From a virus (lineage: Duplodnaviria; Caudoviricetes), in IMG/VR virus record IMGVR_UViG_3300048565_000112, positions 1 to 46,479 of that record: 46,479 bases of DNA. One strand, written 5' to 3'. A program made the translations under genes and the position numbers. Under the pieces are notes generated by a model. The model was given only the letters and a program-made list of their open reading frames with translations. It made no database searches and was not told where the DNA came from. Each line of letters starts with the position of its first letter. Position 1 is the first letter of the stretch. Of this stretch, positions 19,309-28,780 are shown piece by piece.

Positions 19309-19339
19309 AATAGTCTGCCGAACAGCAGGCTGTTTTATT
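19309..19339 (+). terminator. intrinsic terminator ending the early operon
   Basis: AATAGTCTGC-CGAACA-GCAGGCTGTT followed by TTATT. Confidence 0.5.
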
Positions 19340-19517
19340 GTGGGATGGGGGAGTTGGACGTATAATTCAGGCAATCGACAGGCTGGTATGCGAATGGTTT
19401 CTGGGTAACCGATCTTTATGCTGGGCTTTTCTGGTAGACGAATTCGAGTTTTTCGTTATCGATAATTTCGTATTAATCTATGGCGGCCTAAAACCCTAAA
19501 TTAATTTAGGCATTAGA

Positions 19518-19575
19518 ATCCAACAAGCATATAAGGAATTGGGACGCGAAATGGCGTCCGAAACAATTGTTGGGC
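19518..19575 (+). other. degenerate attC-like site (R'' ATCCAAC ... R' GTTGGGC)
   Basis: RYYYAAC at 19518-19524, internal hairpin GGACGC/GCGTCC, GTTRRRY at 19569-19575; L boxes poorly paired. Confidence 0.5.
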
Positions 19576-19612
19576 GCTTAGTTAGTCATTTGCATACAAA
19601 AGAAGATAAAAA

Positions 19613-22429
19613 ATGTCAGAAGTGAACATAGAAGATAAAGCCAATGCTCTTCAAAAAATATTACATCGATTAGAAGCACTGGGACAATTTAGTGCTAAGT
19701 TCTTAATGTACTCAACTGCAATCGGTGCAATAACAATAATTGGCGGTGTAAATTTACCGCCTGACTTAAAATTATTATTTGAAGGTATAGGTATTAATAT
19801 TATTAGCTCCTTGATTGAACGGGTAGCAAAAGGGGAGGATATATCTGACGACACACTCAAATCAGAGATTAAAGATGTCGTTAATATTGAGAAAATTGAA
19901 ACACTACTTACAACAAATGATTTTTTCAGAGCCGTATCCAAACTGATGAGACGCCAAGATATTGCCCTCTTCAAGTTGCAAACAGCAGAGATCAATATCG
20001 TTGAAAAACTTGATACAGCATTGAATTATCTTCGGGAAACAAGATACTTAAGTGAAAAAACAGATTTCCCATTTCCTCCATACATTGCTCATCCTTATAC
20101 GCTTTCAGAGCAACATGGTTTTTTTGGGCGGCAAAAAGAAATTTCAACATTAACCAAGTGGGCTAATTCAAAACGAGAATCTTCATTACTATTTATAACA
20201 GGGCTTGGAGGGACGGGAAAAAGTGCGCTAGCGTGGAATTGGTTTAATCAAGTTCGAGATACCATTAAGTGGGATGGGATGATTTGGTGGAGTTTTTACA
20301 AAACGGATGCAAGTTTCGGAGACTTCATTGCACATAGTCTAGCATATATTAGTGGTCAGGAAATATCCGAAATAAGAAAGTTGCCTCGAGCTTCTCAAGA
20401 ACAAAATCTAATTAACTACCTTAACCATAACCGATTTCTTGTTGCAATTGATGGCTTAGAACGACTAACCTTTACTTACGCCAAATCGGCACTTCCGAAA
20501 GAAAAGCTCCGTTCTCCTCACAAGCATCTTGCGCAAATGGTTGACGAACGTGATGGACACTTTTTGCTATATCTAACCAGGCTGAAACAATCTTGTATTT
20601 TGATTACGAGCAGATTATATCCTTTTGATTTGTGCGACCAACATACATTTGAAAAAATACCCAACACTCATTTTATTCTTAAAAAAATGAAAAACATGGA
20701 CGCCCTTGCTTTATGGAAATCAATGGGCGTCAGCGGAAGGGAAGAGGATCTCTTTGCTTTATTCCATGCACTACACAACAATCCATTACTTATTAAAGTC
20801 TTAGCAGCTTCTATAATGAAATATCGCTCAGCCCCAGGAGATTTTGAGAAATGGGCTTTGGAAAACAAACATCTTAATCTTTATAAACATACGAGTTTGA
20901 GAGAAACAATAACTCACATTCTTGAATCGGCAAATATGGGAATTAACAAATCGCAAGGAAAAATCCTCGAAGTAATTTCTGCTTTAAGAACCCCCATTCA
21001 ATACATCTTGCTTTTTGATTTAATGGTCGGAAAGAAAACACCACCTTATATTGAATATCGATGTTTTGACCATGAGGAAGACTTTCACAACGCATTGGAT
21101 GATCTAGAAGAAAGAGGGTTGCTCTCATGGGACGCTGTGAACAACGTATATGACATCCACCCCCTCGTGCGCGATTTTGTTTGGTATTCATTACTAAAAA
21201 GTTCGCAAGAAAAAATTACTTCTGTCATGTTATACAGCTACTCCTTACTTAATATATTAGAGTCGCTAAACATCTCAGTTAATACTAACAATATTTCCAC
21301 AAGAATTGAATTATTCTTTTTAATGATTCGACTTGGGGAATACTCACAGGCATGGGAATTATGTGCAAATAATTTTCATTCTATCTTACAAGTTGATGGA
21401 GTTAGTCACTTAAGGACTATGCTCAATTCATTGGGCAAAGTCGCGTCACGCAGAATTGCCCCATTTGATAATCCAATTAATTTCGCAAGGCTACTAGGAT
21501 TATTCACTTCTATACATCTACTGAGAGGCAGTATTTCAAAGGCAAAACGGGTAGCAAAAAGCCAACTTTCAATTTTTCTTCAACAGGAACATTTTGAAGG
21601 TATCATTAGAAGTCAATTACAGTTAGCAATGCTTTTAGCTCTCTCAGGAGAATTTAAACAATCAGAAATGCTAGCAATTGACGCTTTCAGATGGAGCCAA
21701 AGACATTTTGATTACAATCTTTTAGGTTGGAGTCAATTAACCATAGGGCTAATAGGGCTATTAGCGGGTGACGAAGAAAACTCTATCAAAACAATACAAA
21801 ATGGCACTGCGTGGATAGCCTTAAAGAGTAAAATTTCCTGGGAAAGAGAAATTGCCTTATTTGTTCGTGCCCTCGTTTCTTCCCATACAGAGACTTTACC
21901 TGTTGAATTTAGTCAAAAAGGAAAATTGTATAGTTTAATATTGTTTATCATGCAAGGAGAACTTGCATTGACAGATAATAAATTAGATGATGCACAAACT
22001 TTCATAACGAACGCATTATTTTCTGCAAGAAGAACGGAATTCACTCTTTATGAGCTTATTAGTTTGTACATGCAAACTGAGATAGCAATCAAGCAAGGTG
22101 ACACAGATCTGTTTCGCAGGCTGGCAGTCAATCTGCTAAATCATCCAAATATCTATGATTTAAGATTTATTCAAGCAGATTTGCTGAACAATCTTGCCGA
22201 ATTAGAACAAAAAGAAGGTAATAATCCTGAGGCGATAGGATATGCAATTAAAGCATATGAAATTTCTTCTTCAGAAGGGAATTCTCCATTCTTTTTAAAG
22301 GAACTGGAAAGAGCAGCAACTATTATCCGTAAATCCGATGGCGAGATTCCAGAAAAACTAATATCAAAACCATCGAAAGAAAAAATAGTCATAGATCCAG
22401 ATTTAGGAGAGTTGCTCAAAATTATGTGA
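19613..22429 (+). CDS. STAND (NB-ARC/NACHT-like) NTPase with TPR-like C-terminus, probable antiviral NLR
   Basis: 938 aa, AT-rich; FFGRQKE, GLGGTGKS, LVAIDGLE, LITSR, NNPLLIK, YDIHPLVRD (MHD-like), then helical TPR-like repeats. Confidence 0.85.
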   Translation: MSEVNIEDKANALQKILHRLEALGQFSAKFLMYSTAIGAITIIGGVNLPPDLKLLFEGIGINIISSLIERVAKGEDISDDTLKSEIKDVVNIEKIETLLTTNDFFRAVSKLMRRQDIALFKLQTAEINIVEKLDTALNYLRETRYLSEKTDFPFPPYIAHPYTLSEQHGFFGRQKEISTLTKWANSKRESSLLFITGLGGTGKSALAWNWFNQVRDTIKWDGMIWWSFYKTDASFGDFIAHSLAYISGQEISEIRKLPRASQEQNLINYLNHNRFLVAIDGLERLTFTYAKSALPKEKLRSPHKHLAQMVDERDGHFLLYLTRLKQSCILITSRLYPFDLCDQHTFEKIPNTHFILKKMKNMDALALWKSMGVSGREEDLFALFHALHNNPLLIKVLAASIMKYRSAPGDFEKWALENKHLNLYKHTSLRETITHILESANMGINKSQGKILEVISALRTPIQYILLFDLMVGKKTPPYIEYRCFDHEEDFHNALDDLEERGLLSWDAVNNVYDIHPLVRDFVWYSLLKSSQEKITSVMLYSYSLLNILESLNISVNTNNISTRIELFFLMIRLGEYSQAWELCANNFHSILQVDGVSHLRTMLNSLGKVASRRIAPFDNPINFARLLGLFTSIHLLRGSISKAKRVAKSQLSIFLQQEHFEGIIRSQLQLAMLLALSGEFKQSEMLAIDAFRWSQRHFDYNLLGWSQLTIGLIGLLAGDEENSIKTIQNGTAWIALKSKISWEREIALFVRALVSSHTETLPVEFSQKGKLYSLILFIMQGELALTDNKLDDAQTFITNALFSARRTEFTLYELISLYMQTEIAIKQGDTDLFRRLAVNLLNHPNIYDLRFIQADLLNNLAELEQKEGNNPEAIGYAIKAYEISSSEGNSPFFLKELERAATIIRKSDGEIPEKLISKPSKEKIVIDPDLGELLKIM

Positions 22430-22458
22430 AAATTAAGCAAAAACGCCCAACAAAGCGT

Positions 22459-22853
22459 CCTCAGAAACCGTCCCACCCCAAGCGCCCCGGATGACACATT
22501 CCGGGGTGCTTTTTGGGGGAAGATAACGCCGATCTTCCGTTCGAAGCCCTAAAATCGCCAAAATCCTGCGGGGACTTAAATGCAAAGCAGGCGCCTTGCC
22601 GGTAGACGCCGATCGAAGGGCGTATTTCGGGGTCCGCCCCTATGCAGGTACCAGTTGATAGCCGAGCTTTGCCGCCTTCTTCTTCATGTACTTTACCTGC
22701 TGCTCTTCATACTTCTGTTGATACTCGTTCACGCTCAACGGGTCATACTCCACCTTGTACTTGAGCATCTTGTATACCGTCCGCGCGATGGCGTGCGCCG
22801 TTGCCACCGTTGCCTGCGCGGACGTGTGCTGTTCGGTGCCAGACTGAGGATGC
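22459..22853 (-). mobile_element. IS110-family remnant (transposase C-terminus plus downstream non-coding end)
   Basis: Minus strand ~22822-22640 reads AQATVATAHAIARTVYKMLKYKVEYDPLSVNEYQQKYEEQQVKYMKKKAAKLGYQLVPA*, typical of an IS110 transposase C-terminus; a 9/10 inverted repeat GCGTCCTCAG (22455) / CTGAGGATGC (22844) flanks it. Element boundaries are approximate. Confidence 0.7.
22480..22514 (+). terminator. GC-rich hairpin with T tract downstream of the STAND gene
   Basis: AAGCGCCCCGGA...TCCGGGGTGCTT then TTT. Confidence 0.5.
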
Positions 22854-22931
22854 GTCGGAGCGGTTGCTGCAGCACATAATTATAGCTAGGGTATAATTCA
22901 AGTGTAATTTATTTGATTAAAAGGAGATCGA

Positions 22932-23936
22932 ATGCCTTCGGGAGACGCTTTAAGGAGGTTATTTAAGAGCTACAAGCAGCTTGACGCTGATGGCTTTCAC
23001 GCGGCTGCTTATGAACTCATTAATGAAGAAAAGCAAAAGAAACATAATATATTAGCCCGCGACCTTCAACGAATACTTGAAAACGGGAATGGAAAGTCTG
23101 TGAATAATTATCAGATAAGCGAATTGCAACGATTGCCCAAAGATACTGAACGTGGTACGTTGTTATTTGATATAAAGACACCTACTAAGTACTTAAGTGA
23201 CATTGTCCTGGATGAAAAACTTCAGCAACAGGTAGGAGAAATTATTGATGAATTTAATTATAGCGAGGTACTACTGACTCATGGAATGTCCTCACGTCGA
23301 AAATTATTGTTTGCTGGACCTCCTGGATGTGGAAAGACTTTATGCTCTCAAATAATAGCTTCGGAACTGGGATTGCCGATGCTCTACACAAGATTTGATG
23401 CTGTAATTTCTTCTTACTTGGGAGAAACTGCCAGTAATTTACGGAAGGTGTTTGATTTCGCACAATCAGGAACTTGGGTTGTTTTTTTTGATGAGTTTGA
23501 TGCAATTGGAAAAAGTAGAGACGATCTTTCAGAGCATGGAGAATTGAAAAGAGTCGTCAATACATTTCTACAGTTGTTAGATGGCTTTGGGTCAGATAGC
23601 CTTTTTATAGCAGCGACTAATCATGAATCATTGCTAGATAATGCATTGTGGCGAAGATTTGATGATATTCTCTTTTTTGATAAGCCTAATCCTGAACAGA
23701 TACGGAAATTGTTAAATATAAAGTTAGCCAGCTTCTCACATAAAAAATTGGATGTTGAACCCTTCCTTCAGGATATGAAGGGATGGTCGCACGCAGATGT
23801 AGAGCATGTCTGTATTGATTCTATGAAGATGGCAGTATTAAGTCAAAGAGAAGAAATAACAAATGACTTATTTAAGAAGGCTATTGAAAAACAGAAGTAT
23901 CGAGATCTGTTGATTAAAAAAAGTCAGAGAAAATAA
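22932..23936 (+). CDS. ietA: AAA+ ATPase (IetA-like)
   Basis: GPPGCGKT, FFDEFDAIGK, AATN, LWRRFD; directly upstream of an S8 protease. Confidence 0.85.
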   Translation: MPSGDALRRLFKSYKQLDADGFHAAAYELINEEKQKKHNILARDLQRILENGNGKSVNNYQISELQRLPKDTERGTLLFDIKTPTKYLSDIVLDEKLQQQVGEIIDEFNYSEVLLTHGMSSRRKLLFAGPPGCGKTLCSQIIASELGLPMLYTRFDAVISSYLGETASNLRKVFDFAQSGTWVVFFDEFDAIGKSRDDLSEHGELKRVVNTFLQLLDGFGSDSLFIAATNHESLLDNALWRRFDDILFFDKPNPEQIRKLLNIKLASFSHKKLDVEPFLQDMKGWSHADVEHVCIDSMKMAVLSQREEITNDLFKKAIEKQKYRDLLIKKSQRK

Positions 23937-23948
23937 GGGAGTATCAAC

Positions 23949-26363
23949 ATGGCCGATGAGGGATTAAGACATTTATCATTACGAAAAATTGATATACAAT
24001 ACGAACGCAAGAAGTCAAAGAAAAAAATCCCACAACCTACTAGACCACCAAACGTAGAATATGGGAAAGAGTTAGAACTGCTTGTCCAACAAGTGGAGGA
24101 AGACTACAAAGCTTCTATGAAGGTTGCTCCTCCAGAATTTGATCCTGCCCTGATTTTTAGAATTAAACTTGACAAAACTCAGGTGCCTGATGAGCAATGG
24201 GAACGTAGCCAGTTAACGGTTCTTAGTGAGGAACCTGGTGGCTATGTAGTCCTTTTTTCCGCAGATCAGTTGGCTGAATTCAGAAGCCGGATTGAAAAAT
24301 ATGGAGAGGAAATTCAGCCTGATAAAAAGGGCCCCCAATATGCTTGGATTGCTTCACTCGCTACTGATATGAAGCTATGGGGAAAAGAAGACCGAATCGG
24401 TAAGAAACTATCGAAAATAGAAATTTGTCCTAATGAGAGATATTTACTAGATGTAGAACTATGGGCTTACGGGGAGAGACAAGATTGGGATAAGCGAATG
24501 AATGAGCTCAAAACCTACATAATAAATTCGGGTGGTGAGTTCTTGGATAAGTTTGTTAGCGTGACTATAAATGTAGCGCGCGTGAGAACCAATGGTGAGA
24601 CTTTGGAGCATTTACTTGATGTGGGAATTGTTGAGAGAATAGATATTCCACCCCAGCCAGATATATATTTGGGGCAATTAATTAATACCCAAATAGATGA
24701 CTTTAAAGCACCTATCAACCCACCTGTCAATGACGCGCCGAGTATTTGTATCATTGATAGTGGTATTGCTGTAGGACATCCACTCATTGGCCCAGCCATT
24801 GGGGATGTTTCTTCTATCCCCACTAAAATCGGTTTGGGGATAGATGATCATGGCCATGGGACGATGGTGGCTGGCGTTGCTCTTTACGGTGACGTAGAAC
24901 AAGCTGTTAGCACACTTAATTTCGAACCCAACCTGTATATCTACGGTGCTAAAGTTACTAACAAAGAGGGTAAATTTGATGATGAGCGGCTGATTGTTAA
25001 TCAGATGAGTGAAGCTATAAGGTATTTCTCTGAAACCTATGGATGCCGAATCTTTAATATATCCTTGGGCGATCCTTCTCATGTTTTTAGCGATGGAAGA
25101 CCATCTCTTTGGGCTCAGATATTGGACACCTTAGCTGCTGAGTTGGATGTGTTGATTTTAGTTTCCGCAGGAAATTTTAACCTGCGAGAATTAAGCTCGG
25201 AAGAAGCCGAGCTTTATCAAGATCGATACCCAAAATATTTATTGGAATTGGAGGATGCGCGTATTATTGAACCAGCTACGGCAGTAAATGCCCTGACTGT
25301 TGGTTCGCTAGCCAGGTCAGAAGCTTCAAAGGCTGCCGCTAGATATCCGAATGATCCATCGATACGTATTGTTGCCGATATAAACCAACCTTCACCATTC
25401 ACACGATCAGGACCTGGGGTTAATGGGTCCATAAAGCCTGATGTTTGTGATTATGGTGGAAATTCTGTTTGGAGTGGTTACCACAGAAGGATTTATTCAG
25501 ATGATCCTGAAACTGGCATTATGACCATGAGTCATGAGCCTGGTGGCAGACCGTTCACTATAGGCCATGGGACTAGTTTGGCTACCCCCAAAGTAGCTTA
25601 TTTAGCTGGACAGATTTTGGTACATTACCCTGGTATTAGTGCAAACCTTATTCGTGCTCTAATTGCAAATTCAGCATCAATTCCAATCGCTGTCTCTGAG
25701 CTTGGCTTAAGTTATGAAGAGCAGTTGAGGTTATGCGGATATGGTCAGCCAAATCATAATGCTGCGCTTTACTCTAATGAACATCGTGTTACTTTAACTG
25801 CAGAAGATGAAATCCCTTTGAATGGCGTACATATCTTTCAAGTGCCCATACCTGTTGAGTTTAAAGAAAGCAAGGGAAAACGGAAGGTGAGTGTGTGTTT
25901 AGCATATGATCCACCTGTCCGTTTTTCGAGGAAGGAATATCTCGGTATTAAGATGGACTATGATTTAATCCGTGGACTTTCAACTGAAGAGATCGTTAAA
26001 CTTTATGCCAATGTTGACGCCGAAATGAATGAGGGTGATCAAAATGAAGAAAACGAAGAAGGAAATGATGCTTCTTCTAGTTATAAATGTAAAATGGATA
26101 TAAATTGGACTTTAAGACGAAAAAATACATTACAAAAAGGCATATGGAATATAAGCAGAAGTACTTCTATAACCAATTATGCAGGTGATGTATTGCATTT
26201 AGTGGTGCGTTCGTATTCAACGCCATGGGTGGCACAGCAGGTTTTAGATGGCCAAAGATATGCACTAGCAATAACTTTAGAGCATTCGGATGAGCAAGTC
26301 CAATTTTATAATTCTATCCAGCAATTTGTGCGGCAACAGCAACGCGTCAGAATCCGTCAATGA
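23949..26363 (+). CDS. ietS: Subtilisin-family S8 serine protease (IetS-like)
   Basis: Catalytic triad in IIDSG, HGHGTMVAG and GTSLATP; SAGN; no signal peptide; 804 aa. Confidence 0.88.
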   Translation: MADEGLRHLSLRKIDIQYERKKSKKKIPQPTRPPNVEYGKELELLVQQVEEDYKASMKVAPPEFDPALIFRIKLDKTQVPDEQWERSQLTVLSEEPGGYVVLFSADQLAEFRSRIEKYGEEIQPDKKGPQYAWIASLATDMKLWGKEDRIGKKLSKIEICPNERYLLDVELWAYGERQDWDKRMNELKTYIINSGGEFLDKFVSVTINVARVRTNGETLEHLLDVGIVERIDIPPQPDIYLGQLINTQIDDFKAPINPPVNDAPSICIIDSGIAVGHPLIGPAIGDVSSIPTKIGLGIDDHGHGTMVAGVALYGDVEQAVSTLNFEPNLYIYGAKVTNKEGKFDDERLIVNQMSEAIRYFSETYGCRIFNISLGDPSHVFSDGRPSLWAQILDTLAAELDVLILVSAGNFNLRELSSEEAELYQDRYPKYLLELEDARIIEPATAVNALTVGSLARSEASKAAARYPNDPSIRIVADINQPSPFTRSGPGVNGSIKPDVCDYGGNSVWSGYHRRIYSDDPETGIMTMSHEPGGRPFTIGHGTSLATPKVAYLAGQILVHYPGISANLIRALIANSASIPIAVSELGLSYEEQLRLCGYGQPNHNAALYSNEHRVTLTAEDEIPLNGVHIFQVPIPVEFKESKGKRKVSVCLAYDPPVRFSRKEYLGIKMDYDLIRGLSTEEIVKLYANVDAEMNEGDQNEENEEGNDASSSYKCKMDINWTLRRKNTLQKGIWNISRSTSITNYAGDVLHLVVRSYSTPWVAQQVLDGQRYALAITLEHSDEQVQFYNSIQQFVRQQQRVRIRQ

Positions 26364-26364
26364 C

Positions 26365-26393
26365 TTGACCTGGCAGAATAAATGTTCTACAAT
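26365..26393 (+). promoter_or_regulatory. Late promoter overlapping a LexA-type box
   Basis: TTGACC-N17-TACAAT with AGAATAAATGTTCT (26375-26388) in the spacer. Confidence 0.6.
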
Positions 26394-26459
26394 TGAATCA
26401 ACAGCCAGCCATGCGGGCCCGCACTTGCATGCTGGCTGTTGTTGTTTAACGAGGTAGAC

Positions 26460-27077
26460 ATGCCCATTCCCAAACCCACTTATCAGTTACCGCTTGAGCT
26501 GGATCTGCCAGCACCCGAAGACGGGGGGAGCATCGGAATTGAGGAAGACCGCCAGCGAAGCGAGCTCGCACAGAAAACCCTGGAGGCCATGTTCGGCAAG
26601 GCTGGTGCACCGCGCTGGCTCGAGGACTACCTTGAGCTGGTGCGCGGAGGCTGGCCCTGGCGGGTGGCCGCGTACATTGCCTGGGCATCGAGTCCCAGGG
26701 CGGGGCGCGAGCCGAAGACCCAGGACGAGCTGGCCCGAATCCATCTGGGTCTGACCAGCGACCGTGCGATCAGCACCTGGCGCAAACGCAATCCCGCCAT
26801 CGACGAGGTCGTGCGCATGTTGCAGGCGGGTCCGCTCTTCAAGCATCGCGCCGAGATCTTCACCGCCCTGGTGGCCGTGGCGGTCAAGCCCGAGTACAAG
26901 AGCCACGCGGACCGCAAGCTGGCGCTGGAGCTGATGGGAGACTACACCCCGCTGCACAAGGTCCTGGCCGAACTGCGCCGCAAGGGTGATGGCGATATAA
27001 GCGACCTGAGCGACTCCGAGCTGGCGGACATCGCCGCCTCGCTCGAGGAGGACAAGCATGGACAGGATCCAGCCTGA
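26460..27077 (+). CDS. Terminase small subunit-like HTH protein
   Basis: TQDELARIHLGLTSDRAISTWRK HTH, ADRKLALELMGDY; first gene of the late region. Confidence 0.65.
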   Translation: MPIPKPTYQLPLELDLPAPEDGGSIGIEEDRQRSELAQKTLEAMFGKAGAPRWLEDYLELVRGGWPWRVAAYIAWASSPRAGREPKTQDELARIHLGLTSDRAISTWRKRNPAIDEVVRMLQAGPLFKHRAEIFTALVAVAVKPEYKSHADRKLALELMGDYTPLHKVLAELRRKGDGDISDLSDSELADIAASLEEDKHGQDPA

Positions 27078-28326
27078 TCAGCACAATGCCAACCAGGGCA
27101 CCAAGCGCGGACGGGAACTGCTCAGGCAGTCCCTGAAGGAGCTGGGCGCAGGCCGCTCGATCCTGCTCGACAAGGATGGGAACATTATCGCAGGCAACAA
27201 GACCTTCGAGGGCGCGCAGGAGGTTGGGCTGAAGGTGCGCGTCATCACCGCAGGACGGGACGAGCTGGTGGCGGTCCAGCGCGAAGATCTGGATCTCAAC
27301 GATCCCGCAGGCGAGGCGCGCAGGCTGGCCTACCTGGACAATCGTGTCAGCGAACTCGATCTGGCCTGGGATCCCGAGCAACTGGCTGCGGACCTCGAAG
27401 CGGGCATGGACCTGGACGCGCTGGGCTTCCTGGACAACGAGCTGAAGGCGCTGCTGGCCGAGATCGACCTGCCCGAGGAGCGCGACGTGCCCGATCCCGA
27501 CCTCGAGCACGCGGACGAGCTCGTCCTGAAGTGGGGCGTGGCTGAGGGCCAGGTCTGGCAACTGGGCGGGCACCTGTTAGCGGTGGGGGATGCCATCGAC
27601 CCCGAAGTCTTCAAGGCCCTGATGCAGAATGAGCGCGCCCAGATCTGCTGGACGGATCCGCCCTGGAACGTGGATTATGGTGGGAAGTTGGATGAGGATA
27701 ACCCCCAGGGCTATAAGAAGCGCTCGATGAAGAACGACAACCTGGGCGACAAATTCCCCGAATTTGTACAGGCCGCGGTCAAGGGCATCTGGGACCATTG
27801 CGCGCCAGGCGCGATGCTCTACATGGTGATGAGCGCCCAGGAGTGGCCCACCGTGGACAAGGCCCTGCGCGACCAGGGCTTCCACTGGTCGAGCACGATC
27901 ATCTGGGCCAAGGACCAGCTGGTGCTCTCGCGCAAGGACTATCACACCCAGTACGAGCCGATGTGGTACGGCTGGAAGGGCGACCGGGCCAGGCTGGTGG
28001 AACTGGTGGATCGCAAACAGTCGGACGTGTGGTTCATCGACCGTCCGCGGAAGAGCGAGGAGCATCCCACCCAGAAACCCGTCGAGTTGGTGGAGCGGGC
28101 GCTGATCAACTCGTCCGTGCCTGGCGCGATTGTGCTGGATCCATTCTGCGGGAGCGGCACGACCATGATGGCCTGTGAACGCCTGGGCCGATATTGCAGG
28201 GCGGTCGAGCTGGATCCACTCTATGCCGCGGTAACCCTCGAACGCTGGCACAAGATGACGGGCCTGGCCGCTAACAAATACCTTGACTTCGTGGGGAGTA
28301 GAGGGATACTGTCGGACACTGAATAA
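27058..28326 (+). CDS. Phage DNA methyltransferase with ParB-like N-terminal domain
   Basis: N-terminal SLKELGAGRSILLD...IIAGN; WTDPPW, HPTQKP, DPFCGSGTT. Confidence 0.9.
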   Translation: MDRIQPDQHNANQGTKRGRELLRQSLKELGAGRSILLDKDGNIIAGNKTFEGAQEVGLKVRVITAGRDELVAVQREDLDLNDPAGEARRLAYLDNRVSELDLAWDPEQLAADLEAGMDLDALGFLDNELKALLAEIDLPEERDVPDPDLEHADELVLKWGVAEGQVWQLGGHLLAVGDAIDPEVFKALMQNERAQICWTDPPWNVDYGGKLDEDNPQGYKKRSMKNDNLGDKFPEFVQAAVKGIWDHCAPGAMLYMVMSAQEWPTVDKALRDQGFHWSSTIIWAKDQLVLSRKDYHTQYEPMWYGWKGDRARLVELVDRKQSDVWFIDRPRKSEEHPTQKPVELVERALINSSVPGAIVLDPFCGSGTTMMACERLGRYCRAVELDPLYAAVTLERWHKMTGLAANKYLDFVGSRGILSDTE

Positions 28327-28336
28327 GGAGCTGACG

Positions 28337-28654
28337 ATGAAAACCTACCCACCACAACAAACCGCCCTCGAGGCTTACGAGGAACACCAGGCCAGGATCC
28401 AGAAACTGCTCAGGCGGATCACCGCAGGGATCGAGGCGCACGATAAAAACTGCCACCCCCGGCACAATTGGGGCCACGTTGGCGATCTGGAGAGCATCGA
28501 GGAAATCCTGCAGGATATCAGCGACCGCCTGCACGGTGAAGGCGAGTACGCTGAGGTTGCCTTAGGCGAATCCTTGACAATATGGAACTTGTGTTCTAAA
28601 ATCAAACTTGTCACCGCCCGACCTGCCCCCCTCAGGCCGGGCGGTGACATTTAA
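28337..28654 (+). CDS. small phage protein (WGHVGDL motif)
   Basis: AAGGAG RBS; the C-terminal part overlaps a promoter and hairpin and may be non-functional read-through. Confidence 0.55.
   Translation: MKTYPPQQTALEAYEEHQARIQKLLRRITAGIEAHDKNCHPRHNWGHVGDLESIEEILQDISDRLHGEGEYAEVALGESLTIWNLCSKIKLVTARPAPLRPGGDI
28574..28602 (+). promoter_or_regulatory. sigma70 promoter with a perfect GAAC-N4-GTTC LexA-type box
   Basis: TTGACA (28574)-N17-TAAAAT (28597); GAACTTGTGTTC at 28585-28596; a further box AGAATTTCTGTTCT at 28673-28686. Confidence 0.72.
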
Positions 28655-28780
28655 TCGGGAAATCGAAACATTAGAATTTCTGTTCTAACTCTTGTTGAAT
28701 CTGGAAAAATCGTTAAAATAAAGGCAATCGAATATCTCCGCATGGCCTAGCATTTGGCGGGGCCGTTTTCGTCAGAGATG

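Noticed and set aside
22580-22879. 99-aa plus-strand ORF
   Set aside because: Antisense to the IS110 transposase remnant.
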